This document shows positions 61,626 through 64,000 of a stretch of DNA of 64,000 nucleotides, piece by piece. The position numbers and the translations under genes were made by a program. The notes under the pieces are model-generated. The model saw only the letters and a list, made by a program, of their open reading frames with translations, was not told the origin of the DNA and made no database searches. This stretch comes from Gammaproteobacteria bacterium. GTDB lineage: Bacteria; Pseudomonadota; Gammaproteobacteria; Eutrophobiales; Eutrophobiaceae. The stretch lies in assembly GCA_965238225.1 (NCBI GenBank), contig OZ250183.1, positions 992,001-1,056,000 on the forward strand, written 5' to 3'. The first letter of the stretch is position 1. Each line of letters starts with the position of its first letter.

Positions 61626-61787
61626 CATTATGTTTAGAACTTGAAATTATCGATAAATAACTTTAGATATTAGATTTATCTATTTGAATTTAATAATATT
61701 ATTACATTATGTTTAGAACTTGAAATTATCGATAAATAACTTTAGATATTAGATTTATCTATTTGAATTTAATAATATTATTACATT
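61626..61787. repeat. Perfect 79-bp tandem duplication
   Basis: CATTATGTTTAGAAC...TATTATTA at 61626 and 61705, closed by a third CATT at 61784. Confidence 0.93.
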
Positions 61788-61809
61788 CATTTAATATCGT
61801 TTATTAAGC

Positions 61810-62574
61810 TTATTTCATTTTAAATAGAGTGAAAAAATTAACTGTTGTCTGCCTTGCGACTTGTTCAAGACTAAGACCCTTTAATTTGGCAATAAATTCA
61901 GCGACATAGCGCACGTATCCTGGCTGATTAGGCTTTCCGCGATAAGGCGCAGGCGTTAGATAAGGCGAATCAGTCTCTACCAACATCCGCTCCAATGGAA
62001 TCCGTTTGGCAACTTCCTGAACCTCTTTGGCATTTTTGAACGTTACTATTCCAGAAAATGAGATATAGAAATTCATATCCATCGCTTTTTTGGCAGTTTC
62101 CCAATTTTCAACAAAGCAATGCATCACACCGCCAGTCTCATCTGCACCTTCTTCCTGTAAGATGCGCGTTATGTCTTCACCGGCTTCACGGGCATGTATG
62201 ATCAGGGGTTTGTTGACTAATTTTGCAGCCCTTATATGCGTGCGAAATCGTTCTCGCTGCCAGTCAAGACAGCCTTCGCTCCTGAAATAGTCTAAACCGG
62301 TTTCACCAATAGCGATAACATGCTCATTTGTCGCCAATTCAGTCAGTGTTTCTAGGGAGACCTCGTCTGGCATCCTTGTATTTGGATGTACGCCACAGGA
62401 TGCATAAATACGATCGTATTTTGCGGCTAGGTTTAAAATCTCAGGGTATGTTTCCAGGTCGACCGAAACGCATAGCATATGTTCGACACCTAATGTCTTT
62501 GCATCGGCAATGATTTTGTCGACATTCACTTCCTCGCCAAGCAAAGGAATGTGGCAATGCGAATCAACAAGCAT
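61810..62574 (-). CDS. TatD-family DNase (YcfH-like)
   Basis: DSHCH, GVHP, AIGETGLDY, IH.R, HCF, ETDSPYL. Confidence 0.95.
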   Translation of the reverse strand: MLVDSHCHIPLLGEEVNVDKIIADAKTLGVEHMLCVSVDLETYPEILNLAAKYDRIYASCGVHPNTRMPDEVSLETLTELATNEHVIAIGETGLDYFRSEGCLDWQRERFRTHIRAAKLVNKPLIIHAREAGEDITRILQEEGADETGGVMHCFVENWETAKKAMDMNFYISFSGIVTFKNAKEVQEVAKRIPLERMLVETDSPYLTPAPYRGKPNQPGYVRYVAEFIAKLKGLSLEQVARQTTVNFFTLFKMK

Positions 62575-62691
62575 GTTTAGTTTTGGAGTGAATGAGTGAG
62601 ACGAATACTGGTTAAGGTATGCGCCATGAATAATTACTGCGCCTCGTTTTCTTATATTTTAGTATGGTGGATGATTTTAAACGAGCGATGA

Positions 62692-63051
62692 TTACATCGT
62701 GTGTGTAGGGCGGTCAGATGATAAGGCACCTGCCAGATATCTCTCAACCTTGGATTTGGTTGCACCCTTATCTAATTTACTAAACTGTACGCCAATACCG
62801 ACAGTTTTATTGCCTTGAGCGCTTTTGCTGGTTATCCAGGCAACACGCCCAGCAACAGGTAATTTTTGATTATCTTCCATTAAATTTAATAACATGAACA
62901 CTTCATCGCCCAGTTTATAAGGCTTTGCGGTGGGAATGAACAAGCCACCATTGTTGATAAATGGCATATAAGCAGCATAAAGCGCACTCTTTTCACGTAT
63001 GGTTAACGACAAAATACCATGCCGTGGATCACGACCTTTGGGTGTGCTCAA
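62692..63051 (-). CDS. pilZ: Type IV pilus assembly protein PilZ
   Basis: LYAAYMPFI.NGGLFIPT, G.V.WIT, GIGVQF, RPTHTM; holB-pilZ-tatD synteny. Confidence 0.95.
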   Translation of the reverse strand: MSTPKGRDPRHGILSLTIREKSALYAAYMPFINNGGLFIPTAKPYKLGDEVFMLLNLMEDNQKLPVAGRVAWITSKSAQGNKTVGIGVQFSKLDKGATKSKVERYLAGALSSDRPTHTM

Positions 63052-63055
63052 GTCT

Positions 63056-64000
63056 TTATCCTCCTGTTTTTTGGTCTATTCTTCGGTGATTATCGTTTAA
63101 ACTTTGCCATAAGACAACAACATCCTCCAGCAATCCCTGTGTATTATAACCAATTGTGCTTGCCTCCATACCATACTTTTCAAGCAGCAAGTGATAAAAC
63201 CCTGTTAACTCATACAATTCTAACTGTTCTATCAATTCTTGCAAACGATCTATTGTTGTTGAATCATAAATTCCAGCTGGTTGCGCCTTTAGTTTAATTC
63301 GAACCATTTCAGCAAATAACTGAGACAGCCACAATAAAACCTGTAACGCATCATAAGATTTCCATTTTTCCGCGATTTTAATAGGGTCTTCTAGCCTTCT
63401 TTTTAAGCTGAATAAATCATCAAGCATATTCTTATGATGCCCCAAGGCATTACTTTCCAACATATCTTCAATTGCCAAAGGCGCGCCACCTGCCATGTTT
63501 AGCAGATATTTTGCATCTTTTTTTTGTTGTTTGTGATGCTTATTTACCCAGCGTACTGTTTCTTCATCAAAAGCAGGCTTAAACCTGACGTACTGACATC
63601 GGCTTTTGACGGTAATTGGCAGTAAATTTGGTTTGTGACTTAAAAGTATCAGCAATGAGTGCTCAGGTGGCTCCTCAAGTATTTTTAGTAATGAATTTGC
63701 AGCATTTCGATTCATTGCATCAGCGGGAGTAATCACAGCGATTTTATAACCACCGTATTGGCTTTTAAGATGAATGTAATCAATCAGCTTCCTCACCTCA
63801 GAAACCTTGATTTGTTTGCCCGTGTGTTCAGGGGCTACATTGAACAGATCTGGGTGGCTTTCACCCTGAATCAAATGGCATGAACGACAATTTCCACATA
63901 TATGAAGATTATCGTTTGAGTTTTGACACAATAAGCTTGTTGTCAAACATTTAGAAAAATGTTGCAAACCGATGCCGACTGGTCCGGTAAATAAAATAGC
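63056..64000 (-). CDS. holB: DNA polymerase III delta' subunit (5'-truncated by the window edge)
   Basis: Frame open to the edge (AILFTGPVGIG), CGNCRSC, HPD, AANSLLKILEEPP, TVKSRC. Confidence 0.95.
   Translation of the reverse strand, partial: AILFTGPVGIGLQHFSKCLTTSLLCQNSNDNLHICGNCRSCHLIQGESHPDLFNVAPEHTGKQIKVSEVRKLIDYIHLKSQYGGYKIAVITPADAMNRNAANSLLKILEEPPEHSLLILLSHKPNLLPITVKSRCQYVRFKPAFDEETVRWVNKHHKQQKKDAKYLLNMAGGAPLAIEDMLESNALGHHKNMLDDLFSLKRRLEDPIKIAEKWKSYDALQVLLWLSQLFAEMVRIKLKAQPAGIYDSTTIDRLQELIEQLELYELTGFYHLLLEKYGMEASTIGYNTQGLLEDVVVLWQSLNDNHRRIDQKTGG

Overview
AT-rich gammaproteobacterial chromosome segment that includes the replication terminus: a 26/28 match to the E. coli dif site at 61531-61558, with the flanking housekeeping operons (sucCD; holB-pilZ-tatD) converging on it. 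Positions 1-13.8 kb hold the conserved rseP-bamA-skp-lpxD-fabZ-lpxA-lpxB-rnhB-dnaE-accA-tilS cluster. Positions 13.8-38 kb carry regulators and a methylotrophy-type cofactor region: an unannotated pqqA about 8 kb from pqqBCDE (both with sigma54-type promoters), PedA1/PedA2-like PQQ-associated periplasmic proteins, a porin, and methanopterin/methanofuran biosynthesis genes. Positions 38-59 kb are dominated by amplified, internally shuffled surface-protein genes, interrupted by udg-uvrC-pgsA-tRNA(Gly/Cys/Leu): three Ig-repeat autotransporter-like adhesins plus an orphan fourth 3' end, three paralogous type IV pilins, and a tandem pair of RTX-repeat-only proteins. Several of these genes carry short tandem repeats in their leader peptides or promoters. 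The window ends with sucCD, dif (with a P63C-like gene relic and a 79-bp duplication) and tatD-pilZ-holB. All calls are by eye from the sequence and ORF track; no database searches were run.
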